From Planctomycetota bacterium (lineage in GTDB: Bacteria; Planctomycetota; UBA11346): a DNA stretch of 64,000 nucleotides. The stretch covers positions 31,868 through 95,867 of the forward strand of contig JBBRLJ010000021.1 in the NCBI GenBank assembly GCA_038231435.1, in the 5' to 3' direction. Below, one piece after another: positions 21,838-30,161 of the stretch (within the stretch, counting starts at the first letter, position 1; the number at the start of each line of letters is the position of its first letter). Under the pieces are notes generated by a model. That model ran no database searches and was not told the origin of the DNA. It saw only the letters and a program-made list of their open reading frames with translations. A program made the translations under genes and the position numbers.

Positions 21838-22041
21838 ATGGTCGCGATCAATTCCCACTGCACGGACGAGGATCGTCCATATTCGATTATCCGATCGTCG
21901 GCCAACGGGACGCCTGACGTCCATGCCTGCGGCCGGCTGGCGACCTCCACATACGACAACATGGATCAGGTAGTGGCGCAGGCGCTAGCGCCGTCCTTCA
22001 CGTTGATGGGACTGAGGAGGCCGGTCGAGATCGGCGCGTGA
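21838..22041 (+). pseudogene. glf: Decayed C-terminal remnant of UDP-galactopyranose mutase
   Basis: GRLATSTYDNMDQVVAQAL resembles the Glf C-terminal motif GRLATY.YYNMDQVVAQAL. The rest of the enzyme is missing. Confidence 0.75.
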
Positions 22042-22220
22042 TCCGCTGAGGCCCCGCGGGCCGGCATCATGCGCTATCCGCTGCGCTTCCAGCCTCGGCA
22101 TTGCGCGATGCAGGAATCGCCGTGCGCTCCGAGCGGCGAGGAGAAGCGCATCGAGCGGGAAGTGCCGCGAGACACGGCGGTTGAGGCCCTGTCCAGACTT
22201 CCTGGGCGCCTAGCAGCTTC

Positions 22221-22236
22221 CGGCACGGACGTTGCG
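22221..22236 (+). promoter_or_regulatory. Sigma-54 (-24/-12) promoter
   Basis: CGGCACGGACGTTGCG (GG-N10-GC) ~90 bp upstream of the DUF1328 gene. Confidence 0.72.
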
Positions 22237-22324
22237 ATGTCCATCGGCGCCATCGCCATCTCCGGTCCGGGGTCCGCCCTCGGACAGCCACCGAGCCCAC
22301 CCCGGGCGCTGACAAGGACATCCC

Positions 22325-22492
22325 ATGCTCTACTGGACGGCCACCTTCTTCGTCATCTCGCTGATCGCCGCGCTCTTCGGCTTCACCGGCATCGCCGCCG
22401 GCGCCGCCTCGATCGCCAAGGTGCTCTTCTTCGTCTTCATCGTGCTGTTCGTGATCTCCCTGATCGCACACGCCCTTCGCCGCGGGCCTTGA
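22325..22492 (+). CDS. DUF1328 (YtjA-like) small membrane protein; absent from the ORF track
   Basis: Translates to [63 protein letters not shown]. Confidence 0.93.
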   Translation: MLYWTATFFVISLIAALFGFTGIAAGAASIAKVLFFVFIVLFVISLIAHALRRGP

Positions 22493-22615
22493 CGCCTCGC
22501 GGCCATCCGCCGTCGCCGCGCACCTCCTCGGATGCCTCGTGGCATCCGAGGAGGTGTCCGAGGCGTCCATGGGAGTCCAAAGGAAGTCGCCCTTCTCAAG
22601 AAAGCCCGTCATAAC

Positions 22616-23884
22616 ATGGAGCAGCACTCACCCTGGTACCGTCTCCACCTCTGGCAGATCCAGTGGGTGCGGGACGGCGTGGTCGTTGCAGGGCTGATCG
22701 GCGCGGCGTATCTCGGCTACCTGCTCAGCGCCATCACCGTCCCGTTGATCATCGGCTTGTTCCTGGCCGACATGTTCGAACCTGTGGTGCACGTTGCGAT
22801 GCGCTGGCACCCATGGGTGACGCGCGCGCGCATGGTCATCGCGAGCGCGGCGCTGGCGCTCTTGTGCCTGGCCTGCGCGATCGCGGTGACCCTGCCGCCG
22901 CTGGTCGGCCAGACCCGTCAATTGGTCCACGACGCGCCGTCGTACCTGCAGAAGGTGGTGGCGCTGAGCGAACGCCCGATCGTACCGTCCATGGTTCGCG
23001 AGCGCATCGCCGCTCTGCGGGATGCCCTGGCGCCAAAACCCGTTTCCGCCATCGATGATATCCCCCGGGTCGCGGCGGCGGCCGACGGGCCTCCAGTCGC
23101 CGCGATCGTCGACCATGACGGCAAGAAGGCCGATTCGATCCGGCTGCTGGCGCGCGACAGCATGACCGTCGTCAACGTGGTGGTCGGATCGATCTCGCAG
23201 ATCGTCGACGTGGTGATCTTCCTGTTCCTGGTGCCGTTCTTCACCGTCTTGTTCAGCCTGAATTTCCCCAAGGTCCGCGACTATCTCCGTTCCTTGGCGC
23301 CGGAAACGCAACGCGCGCGCGTCGCCGGCATGGTCAGGCGCATGGAATTCTCGGTCGGCGGTTTCTTCCGTGGACGCATGCTCGTGTGCCTGATCCTGGC
23401 GGCGGTGTACGCGATCGGGCTGACCATATGCGGCGTCCCGTACGGGCTCCTGCTCGGCCTGCTCACCGGTCTGCTCTGCCTCATCCCGTATCTCCATTTC
23501 GTCGGCCTGCCCATCGCCCTCGCGCTGCTGGCCGCGCACCTGAACGAAGCGACCGACGCGGATGGGCTATACACGGTGGCGGTGAAGGGCGGTGTCGAGA
23601 TCCTCTGGCTGCGCGTGATCCTGTTGCCGCTCGGAGTCTGGTTGTTCGCCCAGCTGCTCGACGATTACGTGCTGTCGCCGCTCATCCAGGGACACAAGAC
23701 CGATCTGCATCCAGCCACCGTCGTGGTCTCGATCCTCGGCGGTGGAATCCTGTGGGGATTCGTCGGCATCGTCATCGCGGTCCCCGCGGTGGCGTGCCTG
23801 AAGATCCTCTTCCACGAGGCCTTCCTGCCGGCGGTGCATCGCTGGTTGAAGGGCGAACGCAGTGATCCGCTGCCGCTCGGCTGA
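22616..23884 (+). CDS. AI-2E family transporter (PerM/YhhT-like)
   Basis: Multiple TMs, GFFRGRMLVC, IPY, LDDYVLSPLIQG, LHP...GG.LWG..G..IAVP. Confidence 0.88.
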   Translation: MEQHSPWYRLHLWQIQWVRDGVVVAGLIGAAYLGYLLSAITVPLIIGLFLADMFEPVVHVAMRWHPWVTRARMVIASAALALLCLACAIAVTLPPLVGQTRQLVHDAPSYLQKVVALSERPIVPSMVRERIAALRDALAPKPVSAIDDIPRVAAAADGPPVAAIVDHDGKKADSIRLLARDSMTVVNVVVGSISQIVDVVIFLFLVPFFTVLFSLNFPKVRDYLRSLAPETQRARVAGMVRRMEFSVGGFFRGRMLVCLILAAVYAIGLTICGVPYGLLLGLLTGLLCLIPYLHFVGLPIALALLAAHLNEATDADGLYTVAVKGGVEILWLRVILLPLGVWLFAQLLDDYVLSPLIQGHKTDLHPATVVVSILGGGILWGFVGIVIAVPAVACLKILFHEAFLPAVHRWLKGERSDPLPLG

Positions 23885-23892
23885 CTTTTGTT

Positions 23893-23993
23893 TCGGGGGC
23901 ATTGCCCCCGGGCCCCCACGGCCTTTGTCGGCCTTCGATTTCGCCTTACGGGCGAAATCGTTTGCGTGATGGGCTTCGCCCATGGTTCACGCA
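23893..23993 (+). repeat. Structured intergenic repeat, copy A
   Basis: Homologous to 45942-46045 and to the reverse complement of 46185-46298; three stems around a conserved CCCCACGG.CTTTGTCG core. Confidence 0.85.
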
Positions 23994-24017
23994 CGCCACG
24001 CCACGCCACGCCACGCC
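23992..24017. repeat. Pentanucleotide tandem repeat (CACGC/GCCAC) ~5x
   Basis: cacgccacgccacgccacgccacgcc directly after repeat copy A. Confidence 0.85.
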
Positions 24018-24255
24018 TCGGCGGCCGGCGGCGTTGCCGCGGTATCGAAGGGGATTCGCCCTTGAGTCACAACGGTTCGCTTTCGTGCGTGCGTACTCGA
24101 TCGGGCGCGATGCTGGACGTGGACTGGATGTGCACTGCATTGCGCAGTCGATCGATGGAGGGGTTCGGGAGTGAGAGGGATCGTTCGTCCTGCCGATCAT
24201 CGCATGGTGGATTCAGCGGGCTGATGTGGATGGCGCGGGCGCATCTTGGAACGGT

Positions 24256-24271
24256 TGGCACGAGGCTGGCT
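24256..24271 (+). promoter_or_regulatory. Sigma-54 (-24/-12) promoter
   Basis: TGGCACGAGGCTGGCT (GG-N10-GC) ~50 bp upstream of 24321. Confidence 0.7.
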
Positions 24272-24320
24272 CACTCACCATCCTGAACGTGCATCACCAT
24301 AGAAAAGGAAAGGTCACATC

Positions 24321-24596
24321 ATGAGAGGCACTCGCAGTCTTCTGCTCATTCTGATTCTCGCCGCCGCGGCGGTCGTCGTCTTCGCCTACGTGCGTGGCGA
24401 TCACAGCAACGGTGTCGGCGGCGACGTCAAGTCGCTCTGGCATGACACCAAGGGCGACGTCAAGGACTTCGGCAAGGATGCCAACGACAAGGGTAAGGAT
24501 GTCCGCGATCGCGCCGACGGCCACAAGGGCATCGGCGACAAGATCAAGGACACCGGTCGCGACACCAGCGACAGCGTGCGCGACGCCACCAAGTGA
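24321..24596 (+). CDS. Small membrane-anchored hydrophilic stress protein (CsbD/YtxH/LEA-like)
   Basis: N-terminal TM, then D/K/G-rich repetitive segments; AAGGAAAGG RBS. Confidence 0.65.
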   Translation: MRGTRSLLLILILAAAAVVVFAYVRGDHSNGVGGDVKSLWHDTKGDVKDFGKDANDKGKDVRDRADGHKGIGDKIKDTGRDTSDSVRDATK

Positions 24597-24649
24597 CGGC
24601 TCGCCGAAACGCCTGAACGAATCCGACCTGCACAACCAAGGAACATGCG

Positions 24650-25000
24650 ATGAAAGCCTTCAGTAATTCGAATATGCCAGATTCGTCCCGTTCCGGAGCC
24701 GCCGACAGCGGCCGGGATTCGATCAAGAACCTGGTGATGCAGGAAGCCGCCGCGGCCATCATGGCCGCCGGTCGCGAACTCACCGAGGTCGACAGACTGT
24801 CAGTGAAGGAATTCCTCAAGGGTCCGGCGCTGAAGGTCAGCCTCGCGCTCTCGGTGATGGGCGTGACCATGTGGATCGCGCACATGAACCAGGAGCACAA
24901 GGAGGCGCGCATCCGGCGTGCATCCGCGTCGGCGCGGCGCCAGCCGCGGCAGCGTCGGGCTCGCGGCTCCATGAACGAGCCCGCGGACCCTCAGCAGTGA
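24650..25000 (+). CDS. Hypothetical membrane protein
   Basis: AAGGAA RBS, one TM, followed by a hairpin. Confidence 0.5.
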   Translation: MKAFSNSNMPDSSRSGAADSGRDSIKNLVMQEAAAAIMAAGRELTEVDRLSVKEFLKGPALKVSLALSVMGVTMWIAHMNQEHKEARIRRASASARRQPRQRRARGSMNEPADPQQ

Positions 25001-25006
25001 CGCATC

Positions 25007-25039
25007 GCCGCCGGCCCACGGGCCGGCGGCACCCTTTTT
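25007..25039 (+). terminator. Probable terminator hairpin
   Basis: GCCGCCGGCCC-ac-GGGCCGGCGGC followed by acccttttt. Confidence 0.55.
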
Positions 25040-25096
25040 CGGACACGGCCCAGTAGGCCGTCAATTCCAACCAATACCTCCCCTAGGATACCCCCA

Positions 25097-25954
25097 ATGA
25101 AGAAGCATCTGATCATTGTCGCCACGGTCGCCGCTCTCGCGGGCTGCCAGTCTGGCGCGACCTCGAAGCAGACATCCGCCGCCAACCAGAGTTCCACCAG
25201 CCAGCAGGCTCAGCAGAGCCCGCGCTCGGCCCAGGATCCCGCCTCAGCCTCGGCAGAGGCTTCGGCCGCGAACGCACCCAAACCCAACATGCCGATCGGT
25301 CAGGCCGATGCGAACTCCGGGCCCGACTGGTCCAGCCAGTCCAGCGCGAGCGTCAGCGCCGGCACCCAGAGCGGCGATCTCGGTTCGGCGAATCGCGCCC
25401 CCGATATCCAGGTTGGCGACGGCAACGTCGGCGGCGCCAACGAAGCTGCCAACGACAAGGCCAACGGATCGATCGAGACGCCGGACAAGAAGAGCGACGA
25501 GCAGCGTGGCGCGATCCTCACCAACGACGGCGCGATCAAGCCGTCGGCGCCGTCTGGCAAGAATGGCGTAACCACCCAATCGGAATCGTCGGCGTCCGAC
25601 GATTCCTCCCACGCCAGCACCCAGGGTGCGGCCGAGCGCGAAGCCGTGCGCGGCCTGCAGGTTCCGGACTCGCTCGATGCGGGCACCGCGAACAGTTCGG
25701 CGATCACCGATGCCTCTACGCTCGGCGAAACCGACTCGGATCGCACTCTCTCGCAGCAGATCCGCCAAGCGGTTGTGAACGACGAGACCCTCTCGCTGGC
25801 CTCGAAGTCGGTCCAGATCCAGAGCAGCAACGGCCAGGTCATCCTCAAGGGCCAGGTCGACAGCGAGCGTGAGAAGGCCCGTATCGGCTCCACTGCGTTC
25901 CGCGAGTCCGGCGGCAAGGTCGTCATCAACCAGTTGGAAGTGTCCGGCCGCTAG
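25097..25954 (+). CDS. BON-domain lipoprotein with a long disordered linker
   Basis: Lipobox LAGC, S/A/Q-rich linker, C-terminal D..L...IRQA...GQVILKGQV...INQLEV. Confidence 0.85.
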   Translation: MKKHLIIVATVAALAGCQSGATSKQTSAANQSSTSQQAQQSPRSAQDPASASAEASAANAPKPNMPIGQADANSGPDWSSQSSASVSAGTQSGDLGSANRAPDIQVGDGNVGGANEAANDKANGSIETPDKKSDEQRGAILTNDGAIKPSAPSGKNGVTTQSESSASDDSSHASTQGAAEREAVRGLQVPDSLDAGTANSSAITDASTLGETDSDRTLSQQIRQAVVNDETLSLASKSVQIQSSNGQVILKGQVDSEREKARIGSTAFRESGGKVVINQLEVSGR

Positions 25955-25971
25955 GCCGAGCAGGGGGATTT

Positions 25972-26571
25972 ATGTCCAAGGCAGTCTTTTGCATCGCGAC
26001 CAGCCAGGCCCAGGCCGAGATCATCGTCGACCAGCTGCGCGCCGCGGGCTTCTCGAGCAACGACATCTCGGTGCTGTTTCCTGACAAGCGCGGCACCCAG
26101 GATTTCGCCCATGAGCAGCACACCAAGGCGCCCGAGGGCGCTACCACCGGGGCCAGTACCGGTGGGCTGCTCGCGGGCGCGCTCGGCTGGCTGGCGGGAA
26201 TCGGCGCGCTGGCGATCCCGGGCGCCGGACCGCTTATCGCCGCGGGTCCCATCATGGCGGCGCTGAGCGCCGCGGCGGTCGGCGCGGCGGTCGGCGGCAT
26301 TGCCGGCGCGCTGGTCGGCATGGGCATTCCCGAATACGAAGCCAAGCGCTACGAAGGCAAGATCCGCGAGGGCAACATCCTCATCTCAGTGCATACCGAG
26401 AGCGCCGAGGAGATCTCACGCTCCAAGCAAATATGCGACGAAGCCGGAGCGCGCGACATCTCGTACACCCGGGAAGCCCATATCGATCGGCGCTCTGGCC
26501 CTTCAGGCAACCAGATCCGTAGGGACACCTCGTCCGCGTCTTCGCGCCGAGCGGCTTCGCCGAAGCCCTGA
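25972..26571 (+). CDS. General stress membrane protein (YflT/DUF3341-like, glycine-zipper)
   Basis: LRAAGFSSNDISVL, GALGWLAGIGALAIPGAGPLIAAGP, GMGIPEYEAKRYEGKI. Confidence 0.85.
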   Translation: MSKAVFCIATSQAQAEIIVDQLRAAGFSSNDISVLFPDKRGTQDFAHEQHTKAPEGATTGASTGGLLAGALGWLAGIGALAIPGAGPLIAAGPIMAALSAAAVGAAVGGIAGALVGMGIPEYEAKRYEGKIREGNILISVHTESAEEISRSKQICDEAGARDISYTREAHIDRRSGPSGNQIRRDTSSASSRRAASPKP

Positions 26572-26640
26572 GTGTCGTCCTCATCACCGCTGAATCCATC
26601 AATGGATCCAACGTTCATCCAACAATGGAATGGAGTGTAT

Positions 26641-26760
26641 ATGACCACGATGATCAATAGCGCGACCCGACTTGCCGCCGCTGGATGGGGATTGCTGTGG
26701 CTGCTGGGCGTGCCGATCCCGGTCCTCCTGGTGCTCTTCCTGCTCCGCGGCTGCACTTGA
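26641..26760 (+). CDS. 39-aa single-TM small protein
   Basis: GGAG RBS; MTTMINSATRLAAAGWGLLWLLGVPIPVLLVLFLLRGCT*; followed by a terminator-like hairpin. Confidence 0.7.
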   Translation: MTTMINSATRLAAAGWGLLWLLGVPIPVLLVLFLLRGCT

Positions 26761-26792
26761 ACGCGACCGCAGCGGTTGGGAATGGGAAGACA

Positions 26793-26826
26793 GGGGGCGG
26801 GCGCACAGCCCGCCCCCGCTTGTTTT
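26793..26826 (+). terminator. Probable Rho-independent terminator
   Basis: GGGGGCGGGC-gcaca-GCCCGCCCCC then gcttgtttt. Confidence 0.65.
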
Positions 26827-26954
26827 CCGCGCTGGCGCGCTGAAGGTCCATGATCATGGAATTCAGCATCATGGCGAGCATTCCCCCGCGCGCTCGCCGG
26901 CCAACGCGATCGACCGCGCGATCCGTCGCGCGATCCCTCGCGCACATAGGAGCG

Positions 26955-27320
26955 ATGATGCTGGGAAGAAAAGCGTTCGGTGCCATGGCCTTGGCGGTCC
27001 TCGCCGTGCTTGCGGCATGCGGCAGGGATTCCGGCACGCCGGCCCACCCTGATGTCCCCGGCTCGACACCAACTGCCCAGGATCAGTCCCTGACCCCCGA
27101 CGACATCGCCATCACCAAGCGCATCCGCCAGTCTGTGGTCGCCGACGAACGCCTGTCCGTGGCGGCGCGCAATGTCGCGATCGTCACCGCGAACGGTCGG
27201 GTGTCGCTGCGCGGGCACGCGGCCAGCGCCAGCGAGAAAGCCGAGATCGGGGTGCGTGCCAGGGAGATCGCGGGAGTCGAGAACGTCGACAATCAGATCG
27301 AGACCCCGGCACCCCCGTGA
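26955..27320 (+). CDS. BON-domain lipoprotein (OsmY-like)
   Basis: AGGAG RBS, lipobox LAAC, DIAITKRIRQ...NGRVSLRG...GVENVDNQIE. Confidence 0.88.
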   Translation: MMLGRKAFGAMALAVLAVLAACGRDSGTPAHPDVPGSTPTAQDQSLTPDDIAITKRIRQSVVADERLSVAARNVAIVTANGRVSLRGHAASASEKAEIGVRAREIAGVENVDNQIETPAPP

Positions 27321-27384
27321 TGTTTCGTTTCGAGGTGGTATCCGACTGAGATCCGCCGCATCGCTCGTGGCGTACGCGGGATCG

Positions 27385-29055
27385 CTAGGCGCCGGCGCCC
27401 GCATCCTTCGCGTCCCCGGCGTCCTTGCCTGGTTCCTTAGCTGCTGCGGGGCCGCCGGCGGCGAGATTGGCGCTGGAGGCGGTCATCTTCTTGCGCTTTC
27501 GCCACAGGGTCGAGGACTCGATGCCAAGGATGCGCGCGGCATCCTCGAGCGTCCTGCAGCGCGCGAGCACGCGCTGGGTGTGTTCGTGCTCGATCTCGGC
27601 GAGGGTGAAGTCCTCGCCGAGCGTGGGCGTGGGCTCGATGTTCGAACCGACGCGCAGACGCGATGAGAACGAGCCGGGTTCGAGCAGGCTACCGGGCCAG
27701 ATCACGATCGCGCGCTCGATCTCGTTCGAGAGCTCGCGCAGGTTGCCAGGCCATCCGTAGTTTCGCAGCATCTCCTGCGCCGTCGGCGATAGCGCCGGTA
27801 CCGAGCGTTTGGAGGTCTGGGCGAAATAGACCAGGAAGTGGCGGGCAAGACGCAGGATGTCCTCGCGGCGCTCGCGCAGTGGCGGTAGCGTCACCTCGAG
27901 CACGTTGAGGCGGAAAAGCAGATCCTCGCGGAAGTGGCCGTCTCGCACCGCGTGCTCGAGATCTCGGTTGGTGGCGGCGACCACGCGCACGTCTGCGGTG
28001 CGCGTGACCGTCTCGCCGACGCGTTCGAACTGCTTCTCTTGCAGGAACCGCAGCAGCCGCGCCTGGATGCCGGGCGACATCTCGCCGAGCTCGTCCAGGA
28101 AGAGGGTGCCACCGGCGGCGGCCTCGACCTTGCCGGGGCGGTCGTTCACCGCGCCGGTGAACGAGCCCTTGGCATGCCCGAAGAGCTCGCTGGAGAGCAG
28201 CTCCTCGGTGAGGGTCGGGCAGTTGACGGTGACGAACGGGCCTTCGCGGCGTGCACTCTGGGTGTGTAGCGCTCGCGCGAGCATGCCCTTGCCGGTGCCG
28301 CTCTCGCCGCGCAGCAGCACCGGCGCGTTCGAGGTCGCGGCACGGGCGATGAAATCGAGCACCGACTTCATGCCTGGCGAGGCGGTGCTGAAGTCGACCT
28401 CGGGCACGTTCGGCGCCATCAGATTGCTCAGGTGGCTGACCTGGTAGGCGAGCTGCTGACGGTTGGTGAGGCGTTCGAGCACCGCGCGGATGTTCGCCGG
28501 CGTGAACGGCTTCGACAAGTAATCGACGGCGCCGCGCTGGATGGCCTCGACGGCGGTGTCGATGGTCGCATAGGCGGTGATCACCACCACCGGGAGCGCT
28601 GGCATGCGCTCGAAGACGTGCGGCAGCAAGTCGAGACCGTTCTCATCGCCGAGACGGAGATCGAGGAAGGCCATGTCGAACTGCTGCATGCGCAGGGCGG
28701 CAAGGGCGGCTTCGGCGCTTTCGACCGCGACGACCTCGCAACCGAGGGTGCGCAGCGCCATGCTCAGCGTGGTGCGGATGTTCTTTTCGTCGTCGATCAC
28801 CAGCACGCGCGTAGGCGATGCCGTTTCGACCTCGTCTGCGGCATTGGCATTGGCATTGGCCACGCGCTGGTCTCCTGGGGATTGCGCTGGCGTCTTGCGG
28901 GCCGAGGCGCGCGCCGCGTCCGCAGCCGTCGTCGCCGTAGGCATGCCCTTAGCTGGCTTCACCGGCGAAGAGGACGAAGCCTGCGAGGGAATCTTCGCCG
29001 CCGCGTTAGGCGAGGGTGCTCCGATCGGGGGCTTGCTCAACCAGCGATTACTCAT
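27385..29055 (-). CDS. Sigma-54-dependent response regulator (NtrC/AlgB-like: REC-AAA+-HTH)
   Basis: VIDDE, FLDLRL, GESGTGKG, ELFGHAKGSFTGA, LFLDE, FREDL.FRL, WPGNLREL, Fis-type HTH. Start uncertain. Confidence 0.93.
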   Translation of the reverse strand: MSNRWLSKPPIGAPSPNAAAKIPSQASSSSPVKPAKGMPTATTAADAARASARKTPAQSPGDQRVANANANAADEVETASPTRVLVIDDEKNIRTTLSMALRTLGCEVVAVESAEAALAALRMQQFDMAFLDLRLGDENGLDLLPHVFERMPALPVVVITAYATIDTAVEAIQRGAVDYLSKPFTPANIRAVLERLTNRQQLAYQVSHLSNLMAPNVPEVDFSTASPGMKSVLDFIARAATSNAPVLLRGESGTGKGMLARALHTQSARREGPFVTVNCPTLTEELLSSELFGHAKGSFTGAVNDRPGKVEAAAGGTLFLDELGEMSPGIQARLLRFLQEKQFERVGETVTRTADVRVVAATNRDLEHAVRDGHFREDLLFRLNVLEVTLPPLRERREDILRLARHFLVYFAQTSKRSVPALSPTAQEMLRNYGWPGNLRELSNEIERAIVIWPGSLLEPGSFSSRLRVGSNIEPTPTLGEDFTLAEIEHEHTQRVLARCRTLEDAARILGIESSTLWRKRKKMTASSANLAAGGPAAAKEPGKDAGDAKDAGAGA

Positions 29056-29416
29056 CTGTGCGCCATCCCCACATGCCCGGCGGACTGCCGGGTACCGAGC
29101 AACTCTCCACCCCGGCGGGTGAGGCGCAATCTCGCCAATCTGGAGTTTGGACAGCCTGTTGGGTCCGCACCACGCTCTCGCGTTTAGTCCCCTTGCTGAC
29201 TCGCCTGATACGATCGGTCCCATGTAACCGAAAATCAACGGGTCTGGGCGCTCGCGCGCGATAGGATGATTGCCAGGATTCTACGATCTTCGCTACGCGC
29301 TCCTCGACGACCGAAACCTGGCCCGTCCTCTTCGGGTTGGGCATCGTGGGATCGGAGTATTCAGAGACGATCACCCAGCGGCCACACCGTGGCCGCGCCA
29401 GCACACGGAGGCCGTC

Positions 29417-29854
29417 ATGGCTAGCAAAGCCAACGCCAACGCCAAGAAGGCCATCGCCAAGAACCCGGCCAAACGTGCGGCGCCAGCGAAGCGGGTGCCC
29501 CGCCCCCGTCGTGCTGGAGACCCAGGCGATACTGCGGACATCGCCGAGGAATATTCCCTGCAGGATCAACGCCGCGAGGCGCGCGATGATGAGGCCCCGT
29601 CAGACGCCAACGCCGACGAGGAACGCGAGGAGATGACGACCGGAACGGTGCAGGATCAGCTGACCTACCAGGGGCTCGCCGAGAACCGAGAGAACAGCGG
29701 CGACCTCAAGCGCGCCGAGAAGGCCCGCGACGCCCTGGCCGATCGAACGGCGGCTGTTTCGCATCCCGGTTCCGATGCCGACAAGCGCGCCGCGCGTCGC
29801 CGCGCCAGCGACTTGGGCCAAAGCCGCAAGCATAAGTCGCCGAAGCGCACCTGA
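29417..29854 (+). CDS. Hypothetical highly charged, probably disordered protein
   Basis: GGAGG RBS, K/A-rich N-terminus, acidic middle. Confidence 0.65.
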   Translation: MASKANANAKKAIAKNPAKRAAPAKRVPRPRRAGDPGDTADIAEEYSLQDQRREARDDEAPSDANADEEREEMTTGTVQDQLTYQGLAENRENSGDLKRAEKARDALADRTAAVSHPGSDADKRAARRRASDLGQSRKHKSPKRT

Positions 29855-29873
29855 GCGAGCCTCCGATTATTGG

Positions 29874-29897
29874 AGGGGGCTTCGCCCCTTGGCCCCT
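29874..29897 (+). repeat. Degenerate first stem of the structured repeat family
   Basis: GGGGC-TTC-GCCCC..ggcccc placed ~20 nt after a stop codon, like copies A and B. Confidence 0.4.
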
Positions 29898-30161
29898 TAG
29901 ATCCGCAGCGCGAGCTGCCTCTATGAGCTGCGATGCCTGGCGATGTCCGGCACCTCGTCCGTTCCCCCGTCCCCCCTTGGAGGTCTCTCATCGCGCCTGC
30001 GGGGGCAGCCTCACGCCATCGATGTGCAAGCCAGGCTGGAATCCCCGGTCGGTAGAGGGGCGCCCGCCTAAACCATAGCTGCCGTAGCGGCGAGGAGCCG
30101 TTTCCGTTCGCGCGACGGCTCATTCCGACTCCCGCAGCCCCGACAGAGGCGTCCCGCGCAC

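Noticed and set aside
29319..29335. TGGCCCGTCCTCTTCG as a fourth sigma-54 promoter before 29417
   Set aside because: The -12 GC dinucleotide is absent at the required spacing.
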